Below, in pieces: positions 19,090 to 29,614 of a stretch of 64,000 nt of DNA. Each line of letters opens with the position of its first letter. Position 1 is the stretch's first letter. Position numbers and translations under genes: made by a program. Under the pieces are notes generated by a model. That model saw nothing but the letters and a program-made list of their open reading frames with translations, ran no database searches and had not been told where the DNA came from. The stretch is from NCBI GenBank assembly GCA_030740155.1, contig JASLXV010000008.1, positions 32,001 through 96,000 on the forward strand, written 5' to 3'. This DNA comes from Dehalococcoidia bacterium (GTDB taxonomy: Bacteria; Chloroflexota; Dehalococcoidia; Lucifugimonadales; UBA3495).

Positions 19090-19992
19090 ATGAAATTCGG
19101 TGTGAGCGTTCCGAACAACTGGGGGGTCGAAGATCCTCATCAGGTGCTGGCCCTGGGCCCCATGGTCGAGGGGTTGGGATTCGATTCCCTGTGGGTGATG
19201 GATCACCTGTTCAATAACGGGTATATCGGGCGCCGCCTGGCGGACAAACCCTACTACCATCCACTCTGCACCCTCTCCTACCTGGCGGCAACCACCAAGA
19301 AGGTACTCCTGGGCACATCGGTCCTGGTGCTGCCCTACCATAATCCGATCGAGTTGGCCAAGTACGCGGCCACTTTGGACCAGATCTCCGGCGGCAGGGT
19401 AACCTTGGGTGTCGGCGTAGGCGCCATGGTCGAGGAGTTTGAAGCCTTGGGCATCCCGCTGCGCCAGAGGGGCTCGCTCACCGACGAAAGCATCGCTATA
19501 ATGAAGGAGCTGTGGACCAGCCCCCGCCCCAGCTATCACAGCCGCCGCTGGAACTTCTCCGACCTGTACTTCTCCCCGAAACCCGTTCAAAAACCCCACA
19601 TACCCCTGTGGATCGGGGGCTCCAGCCCGGGGGCCCTCCGCCGGGCGGCAAGCGCGGGCGATGGCTGGCACCCCAGCGGAATCACCCCGGAGGCATTCAG
19701 CTTGGGCCGGCGTGAGGTCCTGGATCTGGCGGCGGCGGCCGGGCGGGACCCGGGCTCGATAACCATGTCCGTCCGGTTTGAGGTGGAGGTCCACGACGGG
19801 CCTTCCAGCGAGCGGGCCGTGGACCGCGCCCGGGTTTCGGGGGGCGATCCCGGCGCGATAATCGGCGCGATCGAGGCCTACCAGGCCGCCGGCGTGGAGC
19901 ACGTGATCCTGGCCCACAACTCGGGCGACATTCCGGCGATAACCACCCTGGTGGAACGTATCGCCCGTCACGTGATCCCCCACTTTCGGTAA
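19090..19992 (+). CDS. LLM-class (probably F420-dependent) oxidoreductase
   Basis: GFDSLWVMDH, LGTSVLVLPYHNPIELAK, LDQISGGRVTLGVG and PKPVQKPHIPLWIGG. Confidence 0.92.
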   Translation: MKFGVSVPNNWGVEDPHQVLALGPMVEGLGFDSLWVMDHLFNNGYIGRRLADKPYYHPLCTLSYLAATTKKVLLGTSVLVLPYHNPIELAKYAATLDQISGGRVTLGVGVGAMVEEFEALGIPLRQRGSLTDESIAIMKELWTSPRPSYHSRRWNFSDLYFSPKPVQKPHIPLWIGGSSPGALRRAASAGDGWHPSGITPEAFSLGRREVLDLAAAAGRDPGSITMSVRFEVEVHDGPSSERAVDRARVSGGDPGAIIGAIEAYQAAGVEHVILAHNSGDIPAITTLVERIARHVIPHFR

Positions 19993-20096
19993 GGCGGCTG
20001 CCTTGGATCTCGCCATCCCTGCCGGAGCCGGAGAGGACTTCAGCGGCCTTCAAGAGCACTGGTGAAATAACGCCGGCCAGAACCACGGGCCTATCC

Positions 20097-21500
20097 CTAC
20101 CCCTCTCGCTCCCGCTCCTCCAGAAACTCGTTGAGCGCCGACCAGTCCTGCCCCAGGCGGACAAGTTCGCGGTCGTTCGCCGCCACCTGGCCGTAGTGGG
20201 AAATCTGAAACGCATCCACAATCCGGCCCACCGGCTCTCTGGGAAGCAATCCCACCAGGGTGTGTTGGTGCTCTTTCGGGGTTTGCCACTCCAGCCGGGG
20301 GTTGCCCATCTTGGCGGTCAGCGCCAGCAGTCCATGGTAGAACTCCCGGGGGTTGCTGGGGTCGGCAATGCCCTTCGACCGCTTGGCGCCCACCACCGGC
20401 AGGCTGCTCCACCATTCGGCCAGCAACGCCGAAAGGTCCCGGTTGGCCCTGCTCCAGCTGAACGTGGATTCACGCGTCTCCAAGCCGTCTCCCCCCTGGC
20501 TCCGCAACCTCTGGAACCGGAAGATGCGGTACACCAGCCAGCCCGTGAAGGTGGCGGCGGCCGCGAAAGAGGCCCCTTTTAGGAATATCACCAGCAGGGC
20601 GGGCGGCCCTTTATCACCAGCTTCCTCACGCATTTGGGCGTGGAATTCCCGCATCTCCGCCTCTATGCTTTCCAGTTCGGTCAGGTCGCCGCCGCCGAAC
20701 CATCCGGAGACCAGGTTGGCCAAGCCCACAAGGAGCCCAGCCAGGTACCCGACGCCCAATATGACTGGACTGAGCAATAGGAAGCCCACGTTGCCGGCCG
20801 TCTTCAGAGCTGTCCTGGTGATGTCGTCCAGACCACCGATCCCCGCCGCGCTGATCAGCAGGGCCAGGACGATCACCCCCCCGACGCTGGCTCCGATAGG
20901 GATCCACCATGCCGCCGGCATCCCCTGTGAATCCTTGGCCTCCCAGGTAAAGCGGGCCATGGACAGGCCGGCGAGGCCCACGCCGATAAACCCCACCGCC
21001 AAGTAACCGCTTACTACGATGGTCGAGTACAGGCTGCCCAGCATTACCGCGATCAACAGCACGATCAAACCCCACTGGAAGGAGGCGCGCACCGTGTCCA
21101 GGTTTACTTCATCTTGGGCCATGGTGACCCCCCGCCACCACAGCAGCACCAGGAAGACAAGGCCCATGAACAGGGCAACGGCAGTGTCTACGTCTCCACC
21201 CACGACGTTGCCCCACGACGTGGGCCCCAGACCGGAGTTCAACTGAGATAGAACCAGCAGGGACAGTACGCTGGCGGTCAGGCCGGCCGCCCCACGCAGG
21301 CCGCGCGAGAAGGGAAGGGACTGCACGTAGCCGGACAGCAGGAAAGCCGACAGCAGGGCGGTAAAGACAAGCCAGAAGGACAGGGCGGCGTCCGTCTCCC
21401 CGAGGAGGGCGCTGACGATGGCTATGACCAAATAGAAGGCGCAGGCCTCCAGAAAGATACCTACTCCGGTGACAGCGCTAGTCCGCCAGAAGCCGCTCAT
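20097..21500 (-). CDS. Multi-pass membrane protein with C-terminal DUF4129-like domain
   Basis: About 9 hydrophobic helices, then PREFY...G-PR-xWQTPKEH...F-xxxHYG; third gene of the MoxR operon. Confidence 0.75.
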   Translation of the reverse strand: MSGFWRTSAVTGVGIFLEACAFYLVIAIVSALLGETDAALSFWLVFTALLSAFLLSGYVQSLPFSRGLRGAAGLTASVLSLLVLSQLNSGLGPTSWGNVVGGDVDTAVALFMGLVFLVLLWWRGVTMAQDEVNLDTVRASFQWGLIVLLIAVMLGSLYSTIVVSGYLAVGFIGVGLAGLSMARFTWEAKDSQGMPAAWWIPIGASVGGVIVLALLISAAGIGGLDDITRTALKTAGNVGFLLLSPVILGVGYLAGLLVGLANLVSGWFGGGDLTELESIEAEMREFHAQMREEAGDKGPPALLVIFLKGASFAAAATFTGWLVYRIFRFQRLRSQGGDGLETRESTFSWSRANRDLSALLAEWWSSLPVVGAKRSKGIADPSNPREFYHGLLALTAKMGNPRLEWQTPKEHQHTLVGLLPREPVGRIVDAFQISHYGQVAANDRELVRLGQDWSALNEFLEEREREG

Positions 21501-22701
21501 TTTCCTCCAACGGATCGAGGACCGGTCCCGCCAGGTAGACAGGGGTATCCGGTAAATTCAACTCGGGCCCACCGTCGCCGGCGTAGAGCACCAGCACGTG
21601 GTAACCTCGCTCCTTCATCGCCGCCACATCTCGAGCCACGGCGCTGGTGATAATGGCGGTTACCAGGACCATCGTGGCGCCCGGCGGCATCGAGTTCCGT
21701 TCGGAGCGGAGCACCCGGGTCAGAGATGTCACCGCGTACGGACCGGCTATCGCCAGCGCCTCCAGCACCATGGGGAGCTGGGACGCCGACGCCCCCACGG
21801 GGACGCTGAGCCATTTACCTGAATAGGTGGCGACGGCGTTACTGATCACCCCGAAACTGAAGCCTTGGCGGGAGGTATTCTCCGCCGCCGAAGCGGCGAC
21901 AGTTACCGCCCGCTCGAACAGGCGCCGGTTGGTGCCCTCCCAAGGGTGTTCGCTGGTCGTGGCGTTCAACGCCACCATGACGTTGAGGGAAACTATGGGC
22001 TCGAACACCTTGGTTTGCAGCCGTGATGTTCGGGCGGTGGCCTTCCAGTCGATGTGCTTCATCGGGTCGGTGGGTTGGTACTCGCGTTGACCCATGAATC
22101 GCGTGGTGTCCCGGTGCAGCGGGCGCCGCCCGGGGCCGGCGCCCAGCGGGTGCTGAGCGGGGAGCGGCAGTTGTCCCAGGTCCACGAGGCGCGGGTATAC
22201 CAGCAGGTGCTCCATTTCGGTGAGCTTGGTCTCCGCGGCGTTGAACCCAAAAATGTCACCGCTGCGCAGGCGCACCGGGCCGATGCGGTGATACCCCCGG
22301 GCCGTGCATTGCAGGGAGTAGGTCCAGGTGACCCGTTGAAAAGGGAGCAGCGAAGTGGTGATGCCGTGCTGCCGGGTCCCCTCCATGTTGCTGGCGCGAA
22401 GATTGGCTCCCGGCAGTTCGAGACCCTCGGGAAAGTTGTCCTGGATATCCACCCAAATGAGCGGTAGCAATTTGTCGTTGGAGAGGGTGACGGAGTACTC
22501 CAGGGTGTCGCCGATGAAGGCCCGGCGCCGGGATAGGGAACGGGTGTGACTCACCCTCCGGAACGCATAGCGCCCCCATACCCGGGTCGCCAGCCAGATG
22601 ATGATGACCAGGGAACCGACCACCAGCAACAGGCCCTGGCTGGCAACCAGGCCGAAGAATATCAGAAGGGCGCTGATCAACAGCCATAGATCGTTTTGCA
22701 T
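21478..22701 (-). CDS. DUF58 domain protein (MoxR-associated)
   Basis: RGYHRIGP, DIFGF, LVYP and REYQPTDPMKHIDWKATAR. Confidence 0.92.
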   Translation of the reverse strand: MQNDLWLLISALLIFFGLVASQGLLLVVGSLVIIIWLATRVWGRYAFRRVSHTRSLSRRRAFIGDTLEYSVTLSNDKLLPLIWVDIQDNFPEGLELPGANLRASNMEGTRQHGITTSLLPFQRVTWTYSLQCTARGYHRIGPVRLRSGDIFGFNAAETKLTEMEHLLVYPRLVDLGQLPLPAQHPLGAGPGRRPLHRDTTRFMGQREYQPTDPMKHIDWKATARTSRLQTKVFEPIVSLNVMVALNATTSEHPWEGTNRRLFERAVTVAASAAENTSRQGFSFGVISNAVATYSGKWLSVPVGASASQLPMVLEALAIAGPYAVTSLTRVLRSERNSMPPGATMVLVTAIITSAVARDVAAMKERGYHVLVLYAGDGGPELNLPDTPVYLAGPVLDPLEENERLLAD

Positions 22702-23063
22702 CGGGAAACCGCCGGCCTAATTATTCCGCCGAATTCGGGCTGTCATCCGGCCGCCACGGAGAATCAACGCTGGAACGATTTGGGGCCGCACTCCCGCCGG
22801 CCGCCGAACCCCCACCGGCGCCAGCCGCCGCACCGGCCGCCAGACTCATCCATGGCTTCGTTCGAAGGTGATAGAGGTCCACCGTTGTCCATTCCGGAAA
22901 AGGTGGACTGATGGCGATTCGGTCGTTGGAAGAGATTGCCAATGTGCCTCCTGAGAAAGAGTGCATGTCTCGGTAGCTGGAAGTTCCCTCAGGAATTGCC
23001 GGGCTGGTTTCCAGCGCTGGTTTTCGGGTGACGGCCCTCGTCGTCTCCGTCGTGCAGATGTCC

Positions 23064-24002
23064 TCAGACGGGCACCGCAAGCCGTTCAAGAAGCTCGTGG
23101 ATGACGCTCTCCCGGGTGCGTTCCCGCAGGCGGGCCTGGGACTTGAGAATCATGCGGTGGGACAGCGCGTGGGGGGCCAGGCGCTTCACGTCGTCGGGGG
23201 ATACATAGGCTCGCCCCTGGATCGCCGCCAGCGCCTGGCTGCACCGGTAAAGGCCCAAGCTGGCCCGGGGGCTGGCCCCCAGCTCCACGTCCGGATGCTG
23301 CCGCGTCGCTTGGACCAACTGGACCAGATAGTTTCGCAGTACCGGATCGAAGTGCACCTCCCTAACCTCGGACTGGAAGCTGAGGATCTGGTCGGCGAGC
23401 GCCACCGGTTGGAGGCCGGCCAGCGGGTCCGCCGATTGGAAGCGCGACAGCATCTCCTCTTCTTCTGACTCCTCCGGGTAGCCCAGCTGTAACCGGAGCA
23501 GGAACCGGTCGAGTTGGGCTTCCGGCAGCGGAAAGGTGCCCTCCAGCTCGATGGGGTTCTGGGTGGCGATGACCAGAAACGGGGCTGGGAGCGGAATGGT
23601 GGCGGTGTCGACGGTCAACTGGCGCTCCGCCATGGCTTCCAGGAGGGCCGACTGGGTCCGGGGAGTGGCCCGGTTGATCTCGTCGGCCAGCACAACCTGG
23701 GCGACGACCGGGCCAGGCCGGAACTCGAACTCGCCGGTCTTCTGGTTAAAGTAGTGGATACCGGTTATATCCGAAGGCATCAAATCCGGGGTGAATTGGA
23801 TCCGTTTGAAACTACAGTTTATCGAGTCGGCCAGGGAACGGGCCAGGGTCGTCTTGCCGATGCCGGGAACATCTTCGATGAGAATGTGGCCGTTGCTGAG
23901 GATGGCCGCCAGGCACAGGTCGATGACCTCCCCTTTGCCCACCAACACCTTCTCGACGTTGGCTCGAATCCTGCCGGCAATTTCCGCGACTGTCTCGGTC
24001 AT
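23064..24002 (-). CDS. moxR: MoxR-family AAA+ ATPase
   Basis: EDVPGIGKT, RIQFTPDLMPSDITG, DEINRATPRTQSALLE and ATQNPIELEGTFPLPEAQLDRF. Confidence 0.97.
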   Translation of the reverse strand: MTETVAEIAGRIRANVEKVLVGKGEVIDLCLAAILSNGHILIEDVPGIGKTTLARSLADSINCSFKRIQFTPDLMPSDITGIHYFNQKTGEFEFRPGPVVAQVVLADEINRATPRTQSALLEAMAERQLTVDTATIPLPAPFLVIATQNPIELEGTFPLPEAQLDRFLLRLQLGYPEESEEEEMLSRFQSADPLAGLQPVALADQILSFQSEVREVHFDPVLRNYLVQLVQATRQHPDVELGASPRASLGLYRCSQALAAIQGRAYVSPDDVKRLAPHALSHRMILKSQARLRERTRESVIHELLERLAVPV

Positions 24003-24054
24003 CTATTCACATCAACCCCTGTGGAGGTTCCTTCGGGCTGCCGCTGTCCGGTTG

Positions 24055-24774
24055 TCATGAGGTCGCCCCGGCATCCCGGACGGCCAGGTACTCTTCGGCG
24101 TCTCGAAGGTCTTTGAAGGAATCTACACTTCGCCAAAAGAATTGGGTCTTAAGCGCCGCGATCTGGCCGGCGCTGGCCAGTCTGGGGAAGGTTCCGGTCT
24201 CGTGATCTCCCGTTTCGGGTAACTCGCTGGCGATTTCACGGTCCAAAATGTAGATGCCGGCGTTGATCCAGTAGGGCATCTCCACCTTCTCCCGGAACCC
24301 TACCACGCCGTCCTGGCCGCCCAGGTCCACCAAGCCGTAGGGGCTGACCATGGGGACCACCATGATGGTCGCGAGGTGAGATGGATTGGCCGCCTTCTTC
24401 TCCAGATGCCGGTCCAACAGAGCCTCGAGGCGCTCCTCGGTGATGATGTCACCGTTGAGCACCGCCACCGTGCTTTCCGCCTCGGGCACCAGCGGTAACC
24501 CCTTGCGGATGGCCCCGCCGCGGCCCAACGGGGTCTCTTCGACGCTGTAGTGGGCGCGGATTCCGAACCGCTGCCCATCGCCGAAGTGGTCCCAGATGGA
24601 CTCCCAGCGGTAGCCCGCCAGGAAAACCACGTCGGTCACGCCGGCCTCCTTGAGCCACTCCACCTGGTGGGCCAGGATAGGCTTGCCGCGGAGGGGCGCC
24701 ATCGGCTTGGGAAGGGTATCGGTCAACGGCCGGAGCCTTTCTCCCTTGCCGCCGGCCAGGATCAACGCGTACAT
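24055..24774 (-). CDS. NDP-sugar pyrophosphorylase / nucleotidyltransferase family protein
   Basis: ILAGGKGERLRPLT-PKPM, EETPLGRGGAI, NGDI and INAGIY. Confidence 0.92.
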   Translation of the reverse strand: MYALILAGGKGERLRPLTDTLPKPMAPLRGKPILAHQVEWLKEAGVTDVVFLAGYRWESIWDHFGDGQRFGIRAHYSVEETPLGRGGAIRKGLPLVPEAESTVAVLNGDIITEERLEALLDRHLEKKAANPSHLATIMVVPMVSPYGLVDLGGQDGVVGFREKVEMPYWINAGIYILDREIASELPETGDHETGTFPRLASAGQIAALKTQFFWRSVDSFKDLRDAEEYLAVRDAGATS

Positions 24775-25167
24775 ATGGGACGGCCTCGCACCTAAACTTG
24801 GCAGCTTCCTGCCCATTCCCGGATGCAGAATAATATAACCGCCGCCGGGAGGGTTGGTCAACGGAACCCGGCGTTCGGCCGGCCGGGGGACGGGTGGGGC
24901 GGAGCTTCAGGAACCATCGAGTACGCATTGCATCAAACCCCACGACATGGCGGACGAAGGATTGGCGGGCTGGGATAACCCGTGGCGGAAGTCATGCTCC
25001 CGTTCCAGCTCTCCCTTCGCCCGCAGACCGGTCTATACTTGTGACTAGATGGCGCTGGACTCTGTCCGCTTCCCTCACCGGCCGAGAGCCCCATCGCAGC
25101 GCTATAATTACCCGTCATTTTCCCTCGCGAGTTTTGCCAAACGCTGACCCGCACTAAGGAGGAACTC

Positions 25168-26010
25168 ATGAAGTTTGGCGCATACATGTTCTCAACTGAT
25201 TACTCCATCCGGCCCGATGACCTGGCGCGCCTTCTGGAAGAGAGAGGGTTCGAGTCCATGTGGGTGCCGGAGCACACTCACATCCCGGCGGCCCGGCAAA
25301 CGCCCTTTCCCGGTGGCGGCGATCTGCCGGAGATGTACTGGCACACCTACGATCCCTTTGTGGCGCTGACCGCCGCGGCTGCCGCCACCACCAGCTTGAA
25401 GCTGGGAACGGGCATCTGCTTGATGATCCAGCGGGACCCAATCGTTACCGCCAAGGAAGTCGCCAGCCTTGACCGGCTCTCGGGAGGGCGCTTCATCTTC
25501 GGTATCGGCGGCGGCTGGAACGCCGAGGAGATGGGCCACCATGGCACAAGATTCAGGAGCCGCTGGCGGCTGCTGCGGGAACGGATTCTGGCCATGAAAG
25601 AGATATGGACCAAGGACGAGCCGGAGTTTCATGGGGAGTTCGTCAACTTCGACAAGATCTGGTCCTACCCCAAGCCGGTGCAGCAACCTCATCCTCCCAT
25701 CATCATGGGAGGTGACGGCGCCACCACCTTCGACCGGGTCGTGGAGTTCGGCGACGGCTGGATGCCCCTCGGAGGCAGGGGTTCGCAAGGCCCCAGTCTG
25801 GCCGAGAAGATTTCCAAGCTCAAGCGGCAGGCCGAGGAGGCGGGCCGCGACCCGGCGTCCATCTCAATAAGCACCTTCGGTACCCGGCCGGACCCGGACG
25901 TGATCCAAGGGATGGAAGCGGCCGGCGTGGACCGGGTGATTTTTTCTCTGCCGTCGCGAGAGCGCGAGGCCGTGCTCTCCATCATCGACCGGTGCGCCAA
26001 GTTCATATGA
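25168..26010 (+). CDS. LLM-class F420-dependent oxidoreductase
   Basis: GFESMWVPEHTHIP, DPFVAL, AKEVASLDRLSGGRF and PKPVQQPHPPI; strong AAGGAGG SD. Confidence 0.93.
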   Translation: MKFGAYMFSTDYSIRPDDLARLLEERGFESMWVPEHTHIPAARQTPFPGGGDLPEMYWHTYDPFVALTAAAAATTSLKLGTGICLMIQRDPIVTAKEVASLDRLSGGRFIFGIGGGWNAEEMGHHGTRFRSRWRLLRERILAMKEIWTKDEPEFHGEFVNFDKIWSYPKPVQQPHPPIIMGGDGATTFDRVVEFGDGWMPLGGRGSQGPSLAEKISKLKRQAEEAGRDPASISISTFGTRPDPDVIQGMEAAGVDRVIFSLPSREREAVLSIIDRCAKFI

Positions 26011-26245
26011 CCTGAGGCCCCGCCATTTCCAGCATCCGGAGGAACCCGCCGTGTGATCGGTGTTCACATGGTCTTCTCGAATATTCCGCGCTGTCCTCGG
26101 CCGCGGAAAGGCCACTGGTTGCAGGCGTGCTGGCTCTTCGACCCATCGCAGGTTGACACCGGTGAACGCCTGCCGTTCTCGATCAATGGCTCGATCAGAG
26201 GGGAAGCAGGTCTACTGGGCACCAGCGTATCGGGGTAAAACAGGA

Positions 26246-26277
26246 GGCCCAGCCTGACATACCCGCCAGGCTGGGCC
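26246..26277. terminator. Probable bidirectional intrinsic terminator
   Basis: 11-bp perfect stem GGCCCAGCCTG / CAGGCTGGGCC between convergent genes, with T-rich tails on both strands. Confidence 0.6.
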
Positions 26278-26320
26278 CGCTGCTTTGTTTAGAACCAAAC
26301 GGACTTCTTCGAAGCCCTCG

Positions 26321-27985
26321 TCAGTAGGTGCGCTGCTGCCTCGACCGGCCGGCCATGTTCCCGTAGGAAACCTCGGGGTCGATCACCACGTCAATCAGCG
26401 CGGCCTTGCCGGAGGCGAAGGCGCGTTTGATGGCGGGACCGATTTCGGCCGGGTCCGTGACCCTCTCGGCGAAACCTCCCAGGCCCTCCATGACCTTGGC
26501 GTAGTCGGTGTCCTGGGACAGATAGGTGCCGATGGCGCGCCCGCCGCGGCGGAGGACTCCCTGAGTCACCTGGTTCCAGGCCCCGTTGTTGCCCAGGATC
26601 GAGACGACGGGCAGGTTGAACCGGACGAACGTCTCGATGTCGAACCCGGTTAGCCCAAAGGCCCCGTCGCCGTAGATGATGACGACCTGCTTGCCGGGCC
26701 GGGCCAGTTGGGCCGCCATGGCGAAGCCGCTACCGGCCCCCAAGCAGCCGAAGGCGCCCGGGTCCAGCCAGTGGCCGGCCTGGTTGATCCCCAGCGCCCG
26801 GGCGGCGAAGGTTACGAAGTCCCCGCCGTCTCCGATGACCGTGGCGTCGGGCTCCAGAACGTCCCCCAGTTCCTTCATCACCCGCATGGGGTGGATGGGG
26901 CTCTGGTCGCTGTTCAGCAACGGCTCGTCGGCCGCCTTCAGCGCGTGGTCTTCGGTCATGACTTCTTCGACCCAGGCATTACCCGGCGACTTGTAGCCGG
27001 ATTTCTTGAGTTCGTCCATTATCTGGCCCAAAATGGCCTTAGAGTCGCCTACCAGGCCGACATCCACGTCCCGGTTCATTCCTATCTTGCCGGGGTCCAT
27101 CATGATCTCGATCAGCTTGGGGTTCTGAGGGAACATGTTATCGGACCCGTACCCCAACCTGAAGTCGATGGGAGTGCCGATGAGGATAACCGTGTCCGAC
27201 TTGACCAGGCCGTAGCGGCGTCCCAGGCCGCCCAGATTGGGGTGGTCGGAGGGGATGCTGCCGCGACCCATCGCATTCAGGAACACGGGCGAGCCAATCA
27301 TCTCAACGAACTCGCGCAGTTCCTCCGAGGCTTCGGACCACCAGATGTCGGAGCCGGCCAGCACCATGGGCCGCTCCGTCGTCTTGAGGATGTCCACCAC
27401 CTTCGCGACGTAATCGGGGTCGCCGTAAGCCATCGCCTCGGTCCGGTACCTCTGAGGATACCTGACGCCCGACTCCTCAACCTTGCCAATTACGATGTCT
27501 CTTGGAATCTCTAGGTAGGAAGGGCCTGGGATACCCGTGGTGGCCATGCGAAAGGCTTCAGCGAGGTACTCCGGTATCCGCTCGGTCCTCTTCACCTGCT
27601 CGGCAAACTTGGTTATCGGCTTCAAGAAAGTGACGCTGTCGAAGTCCTGGAGGCCGCCCTTCAGGTGCTCCTTGATGTCCGCGTTGCCTCCGATGACAAT
27701 CATGGGGCTGGGAGCTTGGAAGGCATTGGCGATTCCCGTGACGGCGTCGGTGACGCCGGGGCCCGCGGTGACGATGCATACGCCGGGCTTGCCGGTAACC
27801 TTGGCCCAGCCTTCCGCGGCGTGGGCTGCCACCTGCTCGTGGCGAACGTCGATGACCTGGATGCCTTCATCGACGCAACCTTCGTACAGGTCATAGATGT
27901 GCCCGCCGTTCAGAGTGAATACGTACTCGATCCCTTCATGTTTCAGGGCTTTGGCGAAGAGATGTCCGCCGTCTATTTCTGCCAT
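26321..27985 (-). CDS. Thiamine-diphosphate-dependent enzyme (acetolactate synthase / 2-hydroxyacyl-CoA lyase-like)
   Basis: DVRHEQVAAHAA, TAGPG, WLDPGAFGCLG and the TPP motif GDGAFG...GNN. Confidence 0.9.
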   Translation of the reverse strand: MAEIDGGHLFAKALKHEGIEYVFTLNGGHIYDLYEGCVDEGIQVIDVRHEQVAAHAAEGWAKVTGKPGVCIVTAGPGVTDAVTGIANAFQAPSPMIVIGGNADIKEHLKGGLQDFDSVTFLKPITKFAEQVKRTERIPEYLAEAFRMATTGIPGPSYLEIPRDIVIGKVEESGVRYPQRYRTEAMAYGDPDYVAKVVDILKTTERPMVLAGSDIWWSEASEELREFVEMIGSPVFLNAMGRGSIPSDHPNLGGLGRRYGLVKSDTVILIGTPIDFRLGYGSDNMFPQNPKLIEIMMDPGKIGMNRDVDVGLVGDSKAILGQIMDELKKSGYKSPGNAWVEEVMTEDHALKAADEPLLNSDQSPIHPMRVMKELGDVLEPDATVIGDGGDFVTFAARALGINQAGHWLDPGAFGCLGAGSGFAMAAQLARPGKQVVIIYGDGAFGLTGFDIETFVRFNLPVVSILGNNGAWNQVTQGVLRRGGRAIGTYLSQDTDYAKVMEGLGGFAERVTDPAEIGPAIKRAFASGKAALIDVVIDPEVSYGNMAGRSRQQRTY

Positions 27986-28363
27986 GACGCCTCCCGATGT
28001 AAATTTGCGAAACGTGGTACCCCGCGGTTGAAAGGTGGCCTTCGCCGGCGGCGACGCGCCTCCAGCCGGTTGCCCGGCTACAGCCCGGTGTCGCTACCAG
28101 TATTGCCGTCCGAAACTTCCCAGGTGGGGCAGCGAGCCACCGGCGGCCGCTGGCTTCCGGAAAGAGGCACGGTGCCGCGGGATGCTGGGCCGGGCTCAGG
28201 AGCCTCGGCCGGGATTTCCCATATGAGATTCATTGCCCGCGAAGCTATGGTGCGCCGGGGAAAACGTTATCACCTACCCCCGATGCTGTCAAACGCTGGA
28301 GGGGCCATCGTCCTATCTGTGTTCTTGACTAGAATTGGGCTCAGGTACGTGTTCTGAACATCC

Positions 28364-28896
28364 CTACGGCGGCCCAGATTCGGTGGGGTCCCGGACCACG
28401 ACCATCACCGTGATGTCGTCCGACTGGGAGGCGTGGTCCACGAAAGCGTCGACCTGAGCGATCAAGTCATCCTGGATTTCCTGAGCCGGGCGTCCCAGGC
28501 CGGCGCGAACAATCTCCCGCAGCCGCTCTTCGTCGAAGAACTCCTCGTCGGCGTTTTGCGCCTCGGTGATGCCGTCAGTGTATAGCAGCAGCACGTCGCC
28601 GGGGTCCATCTGAACAACCCGCTGCTCCCAGGCCATGCCGTCGACGATGCCCAGCGGCACGCCGGTGCTATCCAATTCCCGCACCGTGGTCCCATCTTGG
28701 GCACTCAACAGATACGGAGGGTTGTGCCCGGCATTGGAGTAGGTCAACTCTCCCGACGATGGGTCGAGGACCCCGTAGAACACTGTAACGAACAGGCCGG
28801 CGCTCGTGTCTGCCAGGATCCGGTGATTGGCGGCGCCGAGGGCAAGTTCGGGCTGCGTTTCGTATTCCACGGCGTAGGTGCGGATGAGCGTGCGGC
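28364..28896 (-). pseudogene. C-terminal fragment of SpoIIE/RsbU-type PP2C phosphatase
   Basis: RTLIRTYA, FVTVFYG, NAGHNPP, LYTDGITEA and SDDITV are present. The N-terminal motifs (GDFYD/DVxGKG) and a start codon are missing. Confidence 0.82.
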
Positions 28897-29079
28897 GAGG
28901 GCACGCAGGCCCGCACTGCTGATGTACTCCACCCCGGACATGTCGACGACCAGCTTGTGCTGGCCCGCCGACACCGCCGCCTGCAAGGCCTGGTCCAGGT
29001 CGGCTGCGGCTTGGGTGTCGACCCGCGCCTCCGGCAAGAACACGATGACATCGCCTTCGACTCGTTGCGTAATCTCCAT
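28897..29079 (-). pseudogene. N-terminal fragment of STAS anti-sigma factor antagonist
   Basis: AGGAGG SD, then MEITQRVEGDV...VVDMSGVEYISSAGLRAL; similarity stops abruptly after about 61 aa. Confidence 0.82.
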
Positions 29080-29161
29080 CTGTCCTGCCTCCTGACATTA
29101 GGCGGCCAGCCCCCGGTGCCCGGCGCGTGATTGGCAATGGCCACTGGTAGCCGGGAGCGTT

Positions 29162-29401
29162 CTAGAGTTCGGTCACCAGCCGGGAATCAACCTCCCCGGC
29201 GCCGACGACACGCCCGTCGCGCACCTCTTCCACCCGTGGAATCCGGCCGGCAAGTTCACGGTCATGGGTGGCCATGACAGTGGTTTTGCCCTGCTGCACC
29301 AACGTCTCGAAAAACTCGAAAACCAGGCCCGCCGAGATCGTGTCCAGGCTACCGGTCAGTTCATCGCCGACGATCAGGTCCGGGTTGTTGATTAGCGCCC
29401 G
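29162..29401 (-). pseudogene. C-terminal fragment of LolD/MacB-type ABC ATPase
   Basis: RALINNPDLIVGDELTGSLD (Walker B/D-loop), ATHD (H-loop) and RDGRVV; no Walker A or signature motif. Confidence 0.8.
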
Positions 29402-29614
29402 AAGATGGCCACCCGGGTCGGTTGAATAGTGCATCATTCAAGGTCTTCAATCAATAACCCGATGACGGGGCTGCCAAACGCCTCGGTTCCCCCTTGGCTT
29501 GCCCTCGGCGAGGGTTTATGATGACGCCACCCAGCTATAGGCAAACGGATGTCGTGGAGCATGGGGGACAATGGGGCGCGTTCGGGGCTAGAAGGCCCCC
29601 AAAGGAGAACGACG

